Source: an uncultured Candidatus Binatia bacterium
GTDB lineage: Bacteria; Desulfobacterota; Binatia; UBA9968; CAXXLF01
Direction of reading: 5' to 3'
DNA length: 64,000 nt
Assembly (NCBI GenBank): GCA_965218425.1
Contig: OZ244621.1
Location: forward strand, 2,688,001-2,752,000
This document shows, in pieces, positions 38,766 to 49,423 of this stretch. The position numbers and the translations under genes are program-made. Numbering within the stretch: the stretch's first letter is position 1; each line of letters starts with the position of its first letter. The notes under the pieces are model-generated. The model saw only the letters and a program-made list of their open reading frames with translations. It had not been told where the DNA came from and searched no databases.

Positions 38766-41674
38766 GTGGAACTCTCGGGTCGTAGGACCTCCGAACAGCG
38801 ACCGCACACCGTTGGATGATCAGAGTTCTTTCCGATGTCTTCGGTGTATTTCCAGCATCGCTCGCATTTTGGGACGTTGCCGTTGGTGGCGGCCTTGGAA
38901 ACCTCAATGCGGCCTCCGAGGATGGGGCTGTGATATCGGATGGCTAGGTTGCGAGTCCCGTCGCTGTCCAGCGGCCCAACAGGTTCCGATCCACCCTCTC
39001 TTAGTTTCTCGGCGTCTTCAGACTGCCACTTTGGATCAGGTTCCCCCAATTGCAGTTGCGAAACGATGGCCACATCGTCCCATTTAATGTTCTTGTCCCC
39101 GATGTAACCGGAAACATTCTTCTTATACATGGCAGGATAGAGAACGACTTTTGCGTCCAGGGAATGGCCGATGTTTCCGTTGGTCCTGGCAGCTTCCAAG
39201 GCTTTGAGTATCTCGGCCCTGATTTTGAATATCCCGTCCCACTTGTCCCCGAGCTTTTCATCCACGAGATCCTTGTCTGGCATTGGGATCTGGGACACGA
39301 GAACGCTTTGGGGCGCGCCTTTCGGTTTGGGTAGATGCTCCCATACTTCCTCTGCGGTGAAGGACAGAATGGGTGCCATGAGGTGGACCAGTGCGTCTAA
39401 GATCCGGTATAGGGCCGTTTGGGCGGAACGTCTATCCAGGGAACCGGCCCTACCGCAATAGAGACGGTCTTTGACGATATCGAGATAGAGGGCGCTGAGA
39501 TCAACGCTGCAGAAGTTATTTAACCGGTGGTAAACCGTGTGAAACTCAAAATTGTCGTAGGCTCCCCGACAGTCGCTGAGGAGTTGCTGGGTGCGGTGCA
39601 GGATCCAACGATCCAGCTCGGCAAGATCTTTCGACGCTACGGTGTCATTTTCGGGATCAAAATCGTAGAGATTCCCGAGTAGAAAGCGCGCCGTGTTTCT
39701 CAGCTTGCGGTAGGCCTCCACCAGGCGGTTTAAAATCTCCTTTGAGATCCGGACATCGTCACGATAATCCTCTGCGGAAACCCACAATCTCAGGATCTCG
39801 GCCCCAAAACCCTTGATGGTTTCCTGTGGGGCAATCACATTACCCAGGGACTTCGACATCTTGCGACCCGCTCCGTCCAGGGTGAAGCCATGGGTGAGCG
39901 CACTCCCATAGGGCGCTTGGCCGCGTGTCCCCACGGAAGTAAGAAGTGAAGTGTGAAACCACCCCCGGTGCTGATCGCTCCCTTCTAGGTAAAGGTCCGC
40001 ACGGCCCCCCAGCTCGGGATAACGTTCCACCACCACCGCATGGCTTACCCCCGAATCAAACCAGACATCCAGGATATCCTCTTCCCGAGAAAAATCTTTT
40101 CCTCCGCACTCTGTACACTGGAGGCCTGGAGGAATGAGTTGGTCGATGGAACGGATAAACCAGGCGTCCGAGCCCTCTTTCTCAAAGATCGAAGCGATAT
40201 GTTCGCACAGCTCCTGATTGAGCAGTGGCTGCTGGCATTGTTTGCAATAAAAAACCGGGATGGGAACACCCCAGGATCGTTGACGTGAGATACACCAGTC
40301 CGGTCGGCCCTCCAGCATGCCGCGGATGCGCTCTCGTCCCCAGTGGGGAATCCATTTCACCTGGCCCACTACCTCCAGGGACCGGCGGCGTAGATCATTG
40401 GCCTCCATTGAGACAAACCACTGCTCGGTGGCGCGGAAGATCACCGGATTTTTGCATCGCCAGCAATGAGGATAGCTGTGGGTTAGCCTTTCCTCCTTCA
40501 GCAAAGCGCCCTTTTCGTGGAGTCTCTCGATGATTTTCGGATCGGACTTGAAGACGAATTCCCCCGCAAGGTCTCCTGCATCGCGGGTAAACTTGCCCTC
40601 GGAATCCACCGGCGCAGACACTTCGAGGCCATAACGCTGTCCCACTTCGTAGTCCTCTTGACCGTGACCCGGTGCGATGTGCACACAACCCGTGCCTTGG
40701 TCCTTGGTTACGAATTCTCCAAGGATGATCCTTGCATCACGATCGATCCATGGGTGGCGGCATACAATTCCTTCCAGCCATTCACCGCTCCATACTGCTC
40801 GGTCAACCTGGTAATCTTTTTTCTTGAATCCGAAGGTCTCCATTAATGAGGGAATTAGATCCTGAGCAAGTATGAGCCCCCCGGCCGGTGTCTTGACATG
40901 CTTGTATTTCATCTCGGGATGCACTGCGATGGCCTGGTTGGCAGGCAGGGTCCATGGGGTCGTGGTCCAAATGACAAAGTGGGATCCCTTGGCTGAATCC
41001 GGCAAAAATTTTCCCTTAGGACCCGTTACTGCAAACTTCACGTAGATGGACGGAGAGGCGTGTTCCTCATACTCCACTTCGGCCTCTGCCAGGGCGGTAA
41101 CGCAGGAGGGACACCAATAAACCGGCTTTTTTTGCCGGTAGAGGGAACCCGCTGCAATCAATTTCCCCAGTTCTCTTATCTCCTGCGCCTCATAGGGAAA
41201 ATCGATGGTTCTGTAAGGGTGCACCCAGTCTCCTAATATCCCCAACCTCTTGAATTCTTCCCTCTGAATGGAAATGTACTTTTCTGCGTATTCCCGGCAC
41301 AGCTTGCGGACCTCTGCCTTGCTCAAGGACTTTTTCTTTGCCCGACCGATGGATTTCTCCACTTGAAGCTCGATGGGTAAACCATGACAATCCCAGCCCG
41401 GGATGTAGGGAGACTTGAACCCGGTCATGCTCTTGTATTTGACGATGATGTCCTTGAGGATTTTGTTCAGCGCGTGCCCCAGATGAATATTCCCATTGGC
41501 GTATGGAGGACCGTCGTGGAGAATGTATTTACCCTTGCCGTCATTGCCCTCCATCATCTTGAAGTAGGTCTTGTTTTGCTCCCACTTCTCCACCTGCAGG
41601 GGCTCGTTCTGGGGCAGATTGGCTCTCATGGGAAAGCGCGTTTTAGGCAGGTTGAGGGTCTCTTTATAGTCCAT
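38762..41674 (-). CDS. ileS: Isoleucine--tRNA ligase (type 1)
   Basis: GPPYANG, HLGH, GWDCHGLPIE, EGSDQHRGWF, KMSKS, C-terminal CERC...CGRC zinc finger. Confidence 0.97.
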   Translation of the reverse strand: MDYKETLNLPKTRFPMRANLPQNEPLQVEKWEQNKTYFKMMEGNDGKGKYILHDGPPYANGNIHLGHALNKILKDIIVKYKSMTGFKSPYIPGWDCHGLPIELQVEKSIGRAKKKSLSKAEVRKLCREYAEKYISIQREEFKRLGILGDWVHPYRTIDFPYEAQEIRELGKLIAAGSLYRQKKPVYWCPSCVTALAEAEVEYEEHASPSIYVKFAVTGPKGKFLPDSAKGSHFVIWTTTPWTLPANQAIAVHPEMKYKHVKTPAGGLILAQDLIPSLMETFGFKKKDYQVDRAVWSGEWLEGIVCRHPWIDRDARIILGEFVTKDQGTGCVHIAPGHGQEDYEVGQRYGLEVSAPVDSEGKFTRDAGDLAGEFVFKSDPKIIERLHEKGALLKEERLTHSYPHCWRCKNPVIFRATEQWFVSMEANDLRRRSLEVVGQVKWIPHWGRERIRGMLEGRPDWCISRQRSWGVPIPVFYCKQCQQPLLNQELCEHIASIFEKEGSDAWFIRSIDQLIPPGLQCTECGGKDFSREEDILDVWFDSGVSHAVVVERYPELGGRADLYLEGSDQHRGWFHTSLLTSVGTRGQAPYGSALTHGFTLDGAGRKMSKSLGNVIAPQETIKGFGAEILRLWVSAEDYRDDVRISKEILNRLVEAYRKLRNTARFLLGNLYDFDPENDTVASKDLAELDRWILHRTQQLLSDCRGAYDNFEFHTVYHRLNNFCSVDLSALYLDIVKDRLYCGRAGSLDRRSAQTALYRILDALVHLMAPILSFTAEEVWEHLPKPKGAPQSVLVSQIPMPDKDLVDEKLGDKWDGIFKIRAEILKALEAARTNGNIGHSLDAKVVLYPAMYKKNVSGYIGDKNIKWDDVAIVSQLQLGEPDPKWQSEDAEKLREGGSEPVGPLDSDGTRNLAIRYHSPILGGRIEVSKAATNGNVPKCERCWKYTEDIGKNSDHPTVCGRCSEVLRPESST

Positions 41675-41723
41675 GGGAGCGCCAAGGGGGACGAGTGGAT
41701 TTGGACATCTGTTGTAGAGGGAT

Positions 41724-42119
41724 TTATTTGTTGTGCTTCATTTTGCCGTTGCCGTTCAGGCCCCGGACCATTCTAACTGCAAACATATCCGCCTTGGTTT
41801 CGGCGTCAGCCCAAAAGAAGTAGTGGGCCAGCTCATGGTAAACCATGTTAATCCATTTTCTCTCCGAGTTGTACTTTCTGCCCCTTTTCCAGTTTTCGGG
41901 GTGAACCAGATGGATGTTTCCGTTCTCATAGGTTTTTCCTGCGGTTTTTCCCCAATCCATATACTCGAACCATTCCACGTTGGGCATCTTTAAATGATAA
42001 AAACGGCAAAGGGAGCCAATGGCCCTTTGAAAGTTGGAAGGCTTGTAATCACGGAAAAATAATGTGAGATGGCGATCCACCAAACGGCGTTCTTTTAATG
42101 GGGGCAATATGGTACGCAT
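41724..42119 (-). CDS. Small hypothetical protein with HExxH motif
   Basis: MVYHELAHY...E..AD.FA, resembling a minimal zincin. Confidence 0.65.
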   Translation of the reverse strand: MRTILPPLKERRLVDRHLTLFFRDYKPSNFQRAIGSLCRFYHLKMPNVEWFEYMDWGKTAGKTYENGNIHLVHPENWKRGRKYNSERKWINMVYHELAHYFFWADAETKADMFAVRMVRGLNGNGKMKHNK

Positions 42120-42372
42120 AGGTTTTGTCACCGGCCACAACAGGAGAATCTTTAGCACAAACGGAGGGAAATAAAAACAGCCCATGATAAAACGAGCTGT
42201 GGAAAATATGTGTAACCTATTGATTTACATAACGGATTCTGCCTCCACACAGAGAACGCTGTCAGCAGGCTTTGATCTGTGATATGTATGGCACGTAGGG
42301 TGGACTGTTGAATTTTTGAGGTGCCATCGGGTTCCTCCACTCCATTATCGCTGAAATTATTGGTCAATTTTG

Positions 42373-43311
42373 ATGCTGGATCGTCTTCTCGACAGGCTTT
42401 ACTTCGTCGGGGTCTATCTGACCTTTATTGGAGGTATTGGGCTTCTGAAGCTCCTCCCCCGGCGGGTGGTAGTCCGATGTTCCGAATTTTTAGCCGATTT
42501 AGGCTTCTATCTATTCCACGGCTTTCGAAAACGCTCGGTTAAGAATTTGAGCCTGGCCCTAGGTGCAGGTCTCGATAAGAAGGAAGCCGCTGAGGTGGTG
42601 CGGAATTCCCTCAGGAATTTTGCCCGCGACGTGGTGGAGATCGGTTGCGCCATCTCCCTGGCGCCCAGTGAGCTGCAACGGGAAATCCCCATCGTGGGTA
42701 AGGAGCATCTAGAGCGTGCTTTGGCTAAAGGAAAAGGGGTGGTTGTCCTGAGTGCGCATCTGGGAAACTTTTTTTTGGTTGGCAGCAGGCTAGCGCTTGA
42801 GGGATACCCTACTCATGTTCTGGTGAATCCCCCCAAGAATAAAAAGTTGCGCGATTTTCTTGCTGGAATCAGGTTGAAGGCGGGCCAAAGGACGATTCAC
42901 ACGCGACCACGACAAAAGGCCTCACGTGAATTGCTACAGGTTCTTCGGCGGAATGAGTTGGCGGTTGTGATTGCCGATGAATACAGGTCTGGTAGAGGAA
43001 TCTGTGTGCCATTTTTCGGCCGAACCGTCTTGGCCCGTCGTGGGCCGGCCACATTGGCCCTGCGAACCCATGCGGCGCTGATTCCTGTTCATCTTATTCG
43101 AGAGCCCGGTGGTCAGCTCAGATTGATTCTGGAACCTGAAATAAGGCCTCCCAGATCTGGGAATTTTCGTGCGGATACTGCGGAATGCACTCTGCGAATG
43201 ACGCAATGGGTAGAAAGGGTGGTGCGTTCCTACCCGGATCAGTGGAACTGGATGACCGTCCACTGGCGGGATGCCTCCCATGAATCCATGGCGGGGAAGG
43301 CACTGCGTTGA
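42373..43311 (+). CDS. Lipid A biosynthesis-type acyltransferase (LpxL/HtrB family)
   Basis: GKGVVVLSAHLGNF, PFFG, GPATLA, PDQWNW. Confidence 0.85.
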   Translation: MLDRLLDRLYFVGVYLTFIGGIGLLKLLPRRVVVRCSEFLADLGFYLFHGFRKRSVKNLSLALGAGLDKKEAAEVVRNSLRNFARDVVEIGCAISLAPSELQREIPIVGKEHLERALAKGKGVVVLSAHLGNFFLVGSRLALEGYPTHVLVNPPKNKKLRDFLAGIRLKAGQRTIHTRPRQKASRELLQVLRRNELAVVIADEYRSGRGICVPFFGRTVLARRGPATLALRTHAALIPVHLIREPGGQLRLILEPEIRPPRSGNFRADTAECTLRMTQWVERVVRSYPDQWNWMTVHWRDASHESMAGKALR

Positions 43312-43483
43312 ACAGACGGCACACCAACCACAAGGCGAACAAAGACAAATTATGCTAGAAAGCTCAGTACCCTGGGGTTACGCGTGGGGTCTTGGAGCAC
43401 GGCCCTTAATCGGGACTGTAAAAACTTCATCTCCGTGGTGGCCTAGGAAGGGTTCTGTGGTACGGGATAAAGGTGGGTGAACG

Positions 43484-44230
43484 ATGAATTTGACGAAGAA
43501 GCAACTAGATGAGCTCAAGGCAAAAGTGGCCCTGGGGAATCGGATCATGTTTCATCAAGGTCTAGCGGACTACCATGGCCATGTGAGCGCCCGGATTCCT
43601 GGGACCCGCAAATTCCTGATCAAGCCGGTACTGGCGGCCCTAGGCGGGATTTCCGCAAAAGACATCATCCAGGTGGATATCGATGAGTACAAAGAGGTCT
43701 GCGAGGAAAACTATGCGAAAACCGGAAATCAACGAGAAGTGATCAAGGTCAAATTGCCGCCGCGGGAAACCATGATACACGCGTCCGTGTATGAGGCCCG
43801 ACCCGATGTCAATTCAGTGGTTCACACGCATCAGCCACTGGCCACGGCCTTTTCGGTGGGCGGAGTTCCCATTAAGCCCATCTACAATCAAGCCGCCGCC
43901 TTTGACCCTGAGACGCCTATTTTTCCCAGTCCCAGGTTGATCTATAGCGTGCAGGACGGTAAGGATATCTGCCGGGCCCTAGGGGGTCGCATGGCCTTGT
44001 TGCTTCAGGGTCATGGTGTGGTGGTGGTGGGGGAGAGTGTGGAATATTCCACGGTTCATGCCATCTATCTGGAAAGAGCCGCTCATATGCAGTGGGTCGC
44101 AAGCTCCGTGGGAAATGTAGTGACGATGCCGCAAAAGGATATCGAGGATATGAAGGAAAACATGATCCATCGTTCCTATCACGCTTTCGCCTATTTTGCC
44201 TCTCTCATGCCGGCAAAAAAGGCTGGATAG
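43484..44230 (+). CDS. Class II aldolase/adducin family protein
   Basis: GHVSAR, ETMIH, SVVHTH, LLQGHG. Confidence 0.9.
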   Translation: MNLTKKQLDELKAKVALGNRIMFHQGLADYHGHVSARIPGTRKFLIKPVLAALGGISAKDIIQVDIDEYKEVCEENYAKTGNQREVIKVKLPPRETMIHASVYEARPDVNSVVHTHQPLATAFSVGGVPIKPIYNQAAAFDPETPIFPSPRLIYSVQDGKDICRALGGRMALLLQGHGVVVVGESVEYSTVHAIYLERAAHMQWVASSVGNVVTMPQKDIEDMKENMIHRSYHAFAYFASLMPAKKAG

Positions 44231-44284
44231 TGGCTGTCAATAATCAAACTGGTTCGGTTATTCATTTTTTGAGGAGATAATTCA

Positions 44285-45919
44285 ATGGCGAAGACAGAAA
44301 AGCTATCCGTAAAAGCTGATGCCGCAGGTCAAATAGGGGCGGCCCCAATTCAAGATCTGCGCGAATGGTTGCAGCGCGTGGATGAAATCGGCGAGCTGGT
44401 CCGAGTAAAGAAACCACTGCATTGGGACGAGGAGATGAGTGCCATCGGTTACCTGGTGGCCAAGCAGACCCCATCCCCTGCCATTCTCGTGGAGAAGGTG
44501 AAGGGCTATGAGAACAGTCCTGTGGGTGCCCGGTTGCTCTGGAATATCCTGGGCCCAAGCTTCAAACGGATCGCGGTGACGATGGAGGAGTCACCCGACA
44601 CCACGACCCTCGAACTGATCCGTCGGGTAAAGAACAAGCTGAAGAATCGCATTCCTCCCCGTGAGGTGTCGGCCAGTCAAGCGCTTCTGTATGAGAACAC
44701 GAAGACCGGCGCACAGATCGACTTGAGTCAGTTGCCCATTCCTAAACATTGGGCGCTGGACGGTGGCCGTTACGGGGGTACGGCGGATGCGGTGATCACA
44801 CGCGATCCGGATACCGGCTATCTCAACATCGGAACCTATCGGATGATGCTGCAGGGCAACAATCAGGTGGGGCTCTATCTCTCACCCGGTAAAGACGCAC
44901 GGTTGCATATTACCCGCGCCTGGCAGAGAGGGGAGCCCATTGAAGTGGCTGCGGCGTGGGGCATCGACCCGTTATTCATGATGGTGGGTTCTCAGACCTT
45001 TCCCAAGAATGTGTCCGAATACGAGTTTGCCGGCGGTGTGAAGGGACAACCCATTTCTGTGGTGCGCGGGAAGACATGTGATCTTTTATTGCCGGCCAGC
45101 GCGGAACTGGTCATTGAAGGGGTCATTAAGCCGCAGTCGGTGAAGCAGGAGGGACCCTTTGGCGAGTTTACCGGTTATTATGGAAGGCCGGAAGCCGGCT
45201 GCCCACTGGTGGATGTGACGGCCGTTCACTATCGTTCCAATCCCATCCTGACCAATGCGCTGATGGCTGACTACCCTTCTAATGAGCAGAGCACCTTCTT
45301 TGCCATTATTCGCTCGGCTCGCATATGGGACGATATCGACAAGCTGGGGGTTCCTGGGATTCAAGGCGTGTATGCCCACCCGGCAGGCGCCGGCGGGTTT
45401 GGTATGACGGTCATTAGCTTGGAGCAGCGCTACGCTGGGCACGCGGCCCAAACGCTGGCCCTTGCCGCTCAGGTCCCGGGGGGCGCCTATTACACCAAGT
45501 GGATTATTGCCGTTGACGACGACATCGATCCAACGGATATGGACCAGGTGATCTGGGCCATGAGCAGCCGCTGTAACCCGGTGGACGATCTCGATGTGTT
45601 ACGAAACACCTGGAGCACTTGGCTCGATCCCACCCAGAACCCGCCGGAAAATCGGCCCTACGGCTCCAAGGCCCTGATCAACGCTTGCAAAGAGCACCGT
45701 TACCTTCCGGTATTTTCAAAGCGAACTAGAATCCGCAAGGAGATGTACGATCAGGTGGCCTCTAAATGGCAAGATCTCGGACTGCCGGGCCAGGTTCCGG
45801 AGGTAAGAGACTTCGAAGAGAAAACCAACGTGGTCTATCACGAGGTGGGCGGATTCGAGCCCGGGGAGCAGCCGGGTGAAGACAAGAAAGGCATCGCAGA
45901 GAAAGATAAAAAGCGATAG
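44285..45919 (+). CDS. UbiD-family decarboxylase (second, different clade)
   Basis: NIGTYR, EGPFGEFTGYY, VDDDID, VIWAMSSR. Confidence 0.92.
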   Translation: MAKTEKLSVKADAAGQIGAAPIQDLREWLQRVDEIGELVRVKKPLHWDEEMSAIGYLVAKQTPSPAILVEKVKGYENSPVGARLLWNILGPSFKRIAVTMEESPDTTTLELIRRVKNKLKNRIPPREVSASQALLYENTKTGAQIDLSQLPIPKHWALDGGRYGGTADAVITRDPDTGYLNIGTYRMMLQGNNQVGLYLSPGKDARLHITRAWQRGEPIEVAAAWGIDPLFMMVGSQTFPKNVSEYEFAGGVKGQPISVVRGKTCDLLLPASAELVIEGVIKPQSVKQEGPFGEFTGYYGRPEAGCPLVDVTAVHYRSNPILTNALMADYPSNEQSTFFAIIRSARIWDDIDKLGVPGIQGVYAHPAGAGGFGMTVISLEQRYAGHAAQTLALAAQVPGGAYYTKWIIAVDDDIDPTDMDQVIWAMSSRCNPVDDLDVLRNTWSTWLDPTQNPPENRPYGSKALINACKEHRYLPVFSKRTRIRKEMYDQVASKWQDLGLPGQVPEVRDFEEKTNVVYHEVGGFEPGEQPGEDKKGIAEKDKKR

Positions 45920-45971
45920 AGTAGAAGAGTCCGGTGCCCGGCTTGGGTGAGCAGTGAGGGAAAGATGAGGG

Positions 45972-46373
<402 letters not shown>

Positions 46374-47789
46374 CTAGATATCGAAGTATAGCGCGAATTC
46401 ATAAGGGTGGGGCCTCAGCCTGATGGGATCCACCTCCTTGGTCCTCTTGAAACTAATCCAAGTGTCAATAACGTCCTTGGTGAAAACGTCCCCGTCCAGG
46501 AGAAATTCATGATCCTGCTCAAGGGCGTTTAGAGAGGCCTCGAGGGACCCTGGGATCGACTTTACATTGGCCGCCTCTTCAGGGGACAGATCATATAGAT
46601 CCTTATCGATGGGCTCTGGCGGCTCGATCTTGTTCTTGATGCCGTCCAAACCCGCCATGAGTTGGGCCGAGAAGGAATAGTAGGCGTTGCAGCTCGGATC
46701 GGGTGTCCTGAACTCGAGACGCGTGGCCTTTTCGCTGGATGAGTACGTCGGGATTCGGATACAGGCGCTTCTGTTTCGCACCGAGTAAACTAGATTGATG
46801 GGGGCCTCGTAACCCGGCACGAGCCTCCGATAGGAATTGGTGGTGGGTGCGATGAAGGCACACAGGGCAGGGGCATGCTTGAGCAGTCCTCCGATGTAGT
46901 ACCTGGTGGTATCGCTGATTAGGCCGTAGTTCTTCGGGTCATAGAAAATGTTCTTTCCTGCCTTCCATAGACTCTGATGAGTGTGCATGCCGGAGCCATT
47001 GTCCTGGAAAATAGGCTTGGGCATTACCGTAACGGTCTTCCCGTGTTTCCTCCCCACGTTTTTGATGATGTACTTGTAAATGAGTACACGATCCGCCATC
47101 TTCGTGAGGGTGTTGAACTTCAAGTCGATTTCGCATTGCCCGGCGGTTCCCACCTCGTGGTGGTGTACCTCCACCTGCAAACCGCTCTTTTCCAGGGTTC
47201 GGACCATCTCAGACCGTAAGTCCTGCAAATGATCCATGGGCGGGACCGGGAAATAACCTTCCTTGTATCTGGGCTTATACCCTAGATTGGGTTTTTCATC
47301 TTTGCCCGAATTCCAATTGCCCTCCACGGAGTCGATATAATAGTAGCCGTAGTTGTAGCTCTGATCGAAGCGAATATCGTCAAGGACATAAAACTCAATC
47401 TCGGGACCCCAGTAACTCGTATCCGCGACCCCCGTTGACTTGAGATACATCTCTGCCTTCTGGGCCACGTAGCGAGGATCCCTGGTGTAGGGCTGTCGCG
47501 TGATGGGGTCCTTGACGTTGCAAATTAGATTTAGGGTGGGCAATTCGGTAAAGGGATCTAAAAACGCCGAGTCCGGATCCGGGAACAGGAGCATATCTGA
47601 TTCGTCAATGGTCTGAAATCCCCGTATGCTCGATCCGTCAAATCCGATGCCATCCTCGAACAGTCCCTCGTTGAACTCGCTCATGGAAATGGAAAAGTGC
47701 TGCCACAGGCCCGGTAGGTCGCAAAACCTTAAATCGACGATTTCTACCCGGTTGCGCTGGGCCAAGTCTAATACTTCCTTAGGTGTCAT
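46374..47789 (-). CDS. glnA: Glutamine synthetase type I
   Basis: [35 protein letters not shown] adenylylation loop. Confidence 0.97.
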   Translation of the reverse strand: MTPKEVLDLAQRNRVEIVDLRFCDLPGLWQHFSISMSEFNEGLFEDGIGFDGSSIRGFQTIDESDMLLFPDPDSAFLDPFTELPTLNLICNVKDPITRQPYTRDPRYVAQKAEMYLKSTGVADTSYWGPEIEFYVLDDIRFDQSYNYGYYYIDSVEGNWNSGKDEKPNLGYKPRYKEGYFPVPPMDHLQDLRSEMVRTLEKSGLQVEVHHHEVGTAGQCEIDLKFNTLTKMADRVLIYKYIIKNVGRKHGKTVTVMPKPIFQDNGSGMHTHQSLWKAGKNIFYDPKNYGLISDTTRYYIGGLLKHAPALCAFIAPTTNSYRRLVPGYEAPINLVYSVRNRSACIRIPTYSSSEKATRLEFRTPDPSCNAYYSFSAQLMAGLDGIKNKIEPPEPIDKDLYDLSPEEAANVKSIPGSLEASLNALEQDHEFLLDGDVFTKDVIDTWISFKRTKEVDPIRLRPHPYEFALYFDI

Positions 47790-47895
47790 GTGATTCTTCC
47801 TCTCTTTCCTCGATAGTTAGGATATTGGCACGCAAGACCCTGTAGCATTTTTGGTGGCCTCTGAGAAGCCCCGGGCCCGCGGCCTTGCTTATTAT

Positions 47896-49218
47896 TTATA
47901 AGGAATAACCTCTTTCGTTGTGTTGGCTAAGGTCGAGCCCCTGGCGCTCGTCGTCTTCCGATACCCTAAGCCCCATCACTGCTTTGAGGATTCCCAGTAT
48001 GATGAAGGTCCCCACCATGGCCAGAATCCAGGTTGCAGCCACCGCCACAAACTGAATCCAAAGTTGCCCCGGGTTGCCGAAAAAGAGGCCGTTGCTTCCC
48101 CCTGAGTTTACCGCTGTGGATGCAAACAGTCCCGTTGCCAGTGCCCCCCAGGTGCCGCCAACCCCATGGACGCCCACGACGTCGAGGGAGTCATCGTATC
48201 CAAAGGCGGTCTTCAAGTTACAGGCAGTGGAGCAGAGGACACCCGCGCCAAGCCCTATGAGAAGGGCCGAGATGGGACTCACAAAGCCCGCAGCCGGCGT
48301 AATAGCCACCAGGCCGGCCACCGCGCCGCTCGCCGCCCCCAGGGCTGTGGGTTTGCCCTTCAACATCCAGTCCATGGCCACCCATGAAAGCACAGCCCCC
48401 GCAGTGGCTGTATTGGTGGTGACAAAGGCGATGGTTGCCAGCCCGTCGGCGGCTAATGCGCTGCCAGCATTAAACCCGAACCAGCCCACCCACAACAGTG
48501 AGGCGCCAATTACGCTGAAAGGAAGATTGTGCGGTGGCATTGCTTCCCGGCCGTACCCTGCCCGTTTGCCGAAAATGATGGCGGCCGCGAGAGCCGATGC
48601 GCCGGAGCTGATATGAACAACGGTTCCCCCAGCAAAATCCAATGCACCCATGGCTCCTATCCAGCCTCCTCCCCACACCCAGTGGCAAAGGGGATCATAG
48701 ATAAAAGTCGCCCACAGCAGAATAAATACGATAAACGTGCTAAATTTTACCCGCTCGGCAAACGCACCGGTAATGAGTGCCGGCGTGATGATGGCAAACA
48801 TCATCTGGAAGACCATGAAGGCTTGATGAGGAATGGTGGAGGCATAGCTCGAGGGCTCAACACCAACTCCGTTTAGGCCGAACCAGGCCAGGCTGCCAAC
48901 AATTCCGCCCACATCCGGGCCAAAGGCCAGACTGTAACCCCACAAAACCCATTGAACACTGATTAGGGCCACGATGATGAAGCTGTGCATGATTGTGGCG
49001 AGGACATTTTTCCCTCTCACCAGTCCACCGTAAAAGAGAAACAACCCCGGAATGGTCATCATCAATACCAATGCGGAGGAGGTGAGGATCCAAGCCGTAT
49101 CCCCAGAATCGATGGCGGGTGCGGCAGCAGCCAGGGTCAATTCCGGGAAAAGGGTCATAAAAGCTAAAAGACAAAGCAAGCTTAGAGAAAAGGTGCAAAA
49201 CGTCATTGTTTTACTCAC
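47896..49218 (-). CDS. amtB: Ammonium transporter
   Basis: DFAGGTVVH, GWFGFNAGS, GLVAITP, DDSLDVVGVHG. Confidence 0.96.
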   Translation of the reverse strand: MSKTMTFCTFSLSLLCLLAFMTLFPELTLAAAAPAIDSGDTAWILTSSALVLMMTIPGLFLFYGGLVRGKNVLATIMHSFIIVALISVQWVLWGYSLAFGPDVGGIVGSLAWFGLNGVGVEPSSYASTIPHQAFMVFQMMFAIITPALITGAFAERVKFSTFIVFILLWATFIYDPLCHWVWGGGWIGAMGALDFAGGTVVHISSGASALAAAIIFGKRAGYGREAMPPHNLPFSVIGASLLWVGWFGFNAGSALAADGLATIAFVTTNTATAGAVLSWVAMDWMLKGKPTALGAASGAVAGLVAITPAAGFVSPISALLIGLGAGVLCSTACNLKTAFGYDDSLDVVGVHGVGGTWGALATGLFASTAVNSGGSNGLFFGNPGQLWIQFVAVAATWILAMVGTFIILGILKAVMGLRVSEDDERQGLDLSQHNERGYSL

Positions 49219-49290
49219 GGTATAGTCCTCCCACCGTCAATCTAGATTTAAAAATTATAGATTGAGATTAAGTTAGGTACAGGGCTGGTT

Positions 49291-49307
49291 TTGCAATTGG
49301 CATGCCA
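49291..49307 (-). promoter_or_regulatory. Sigma54 (-24/-12) promoter of amtB-glnA-PII
   Basis: Minus strand TGGCATGCCAATTGCAA, i.e. GG-N10-GC. Confidence 0.8.
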
Positions 49308-49360
49308 GCGGGAAAATCTATATTTGTCAGGGTTTTTGCTTCCAGCCGATCAGGCTGTAC

Positions 49361-49396
49361 TGGCTAAACAATAGGCACATGCTTAGATTTTAAGCA
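49361..49396. promoter_or_regulatory. Tandem NtrC-like enhancer boxes
   Basis: Two 17-bp boxes, TGGCTAAACAATAGGCA and TGCTTAGATTTTAAGCA, resembling TGCAC-N7-GTGCA, upstream of the sigma54 site. Confidence 0.6.
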
Positions 49397-49423
49397 CGAG
49401 ACGCAAACCAATGGCGTGATTAT

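Noticed and set aside
47790..47895. Glutamine riboswitch upstream of glnA
   Set aside because: No recognisable glnA-motif three-stem junction in this short spacer.
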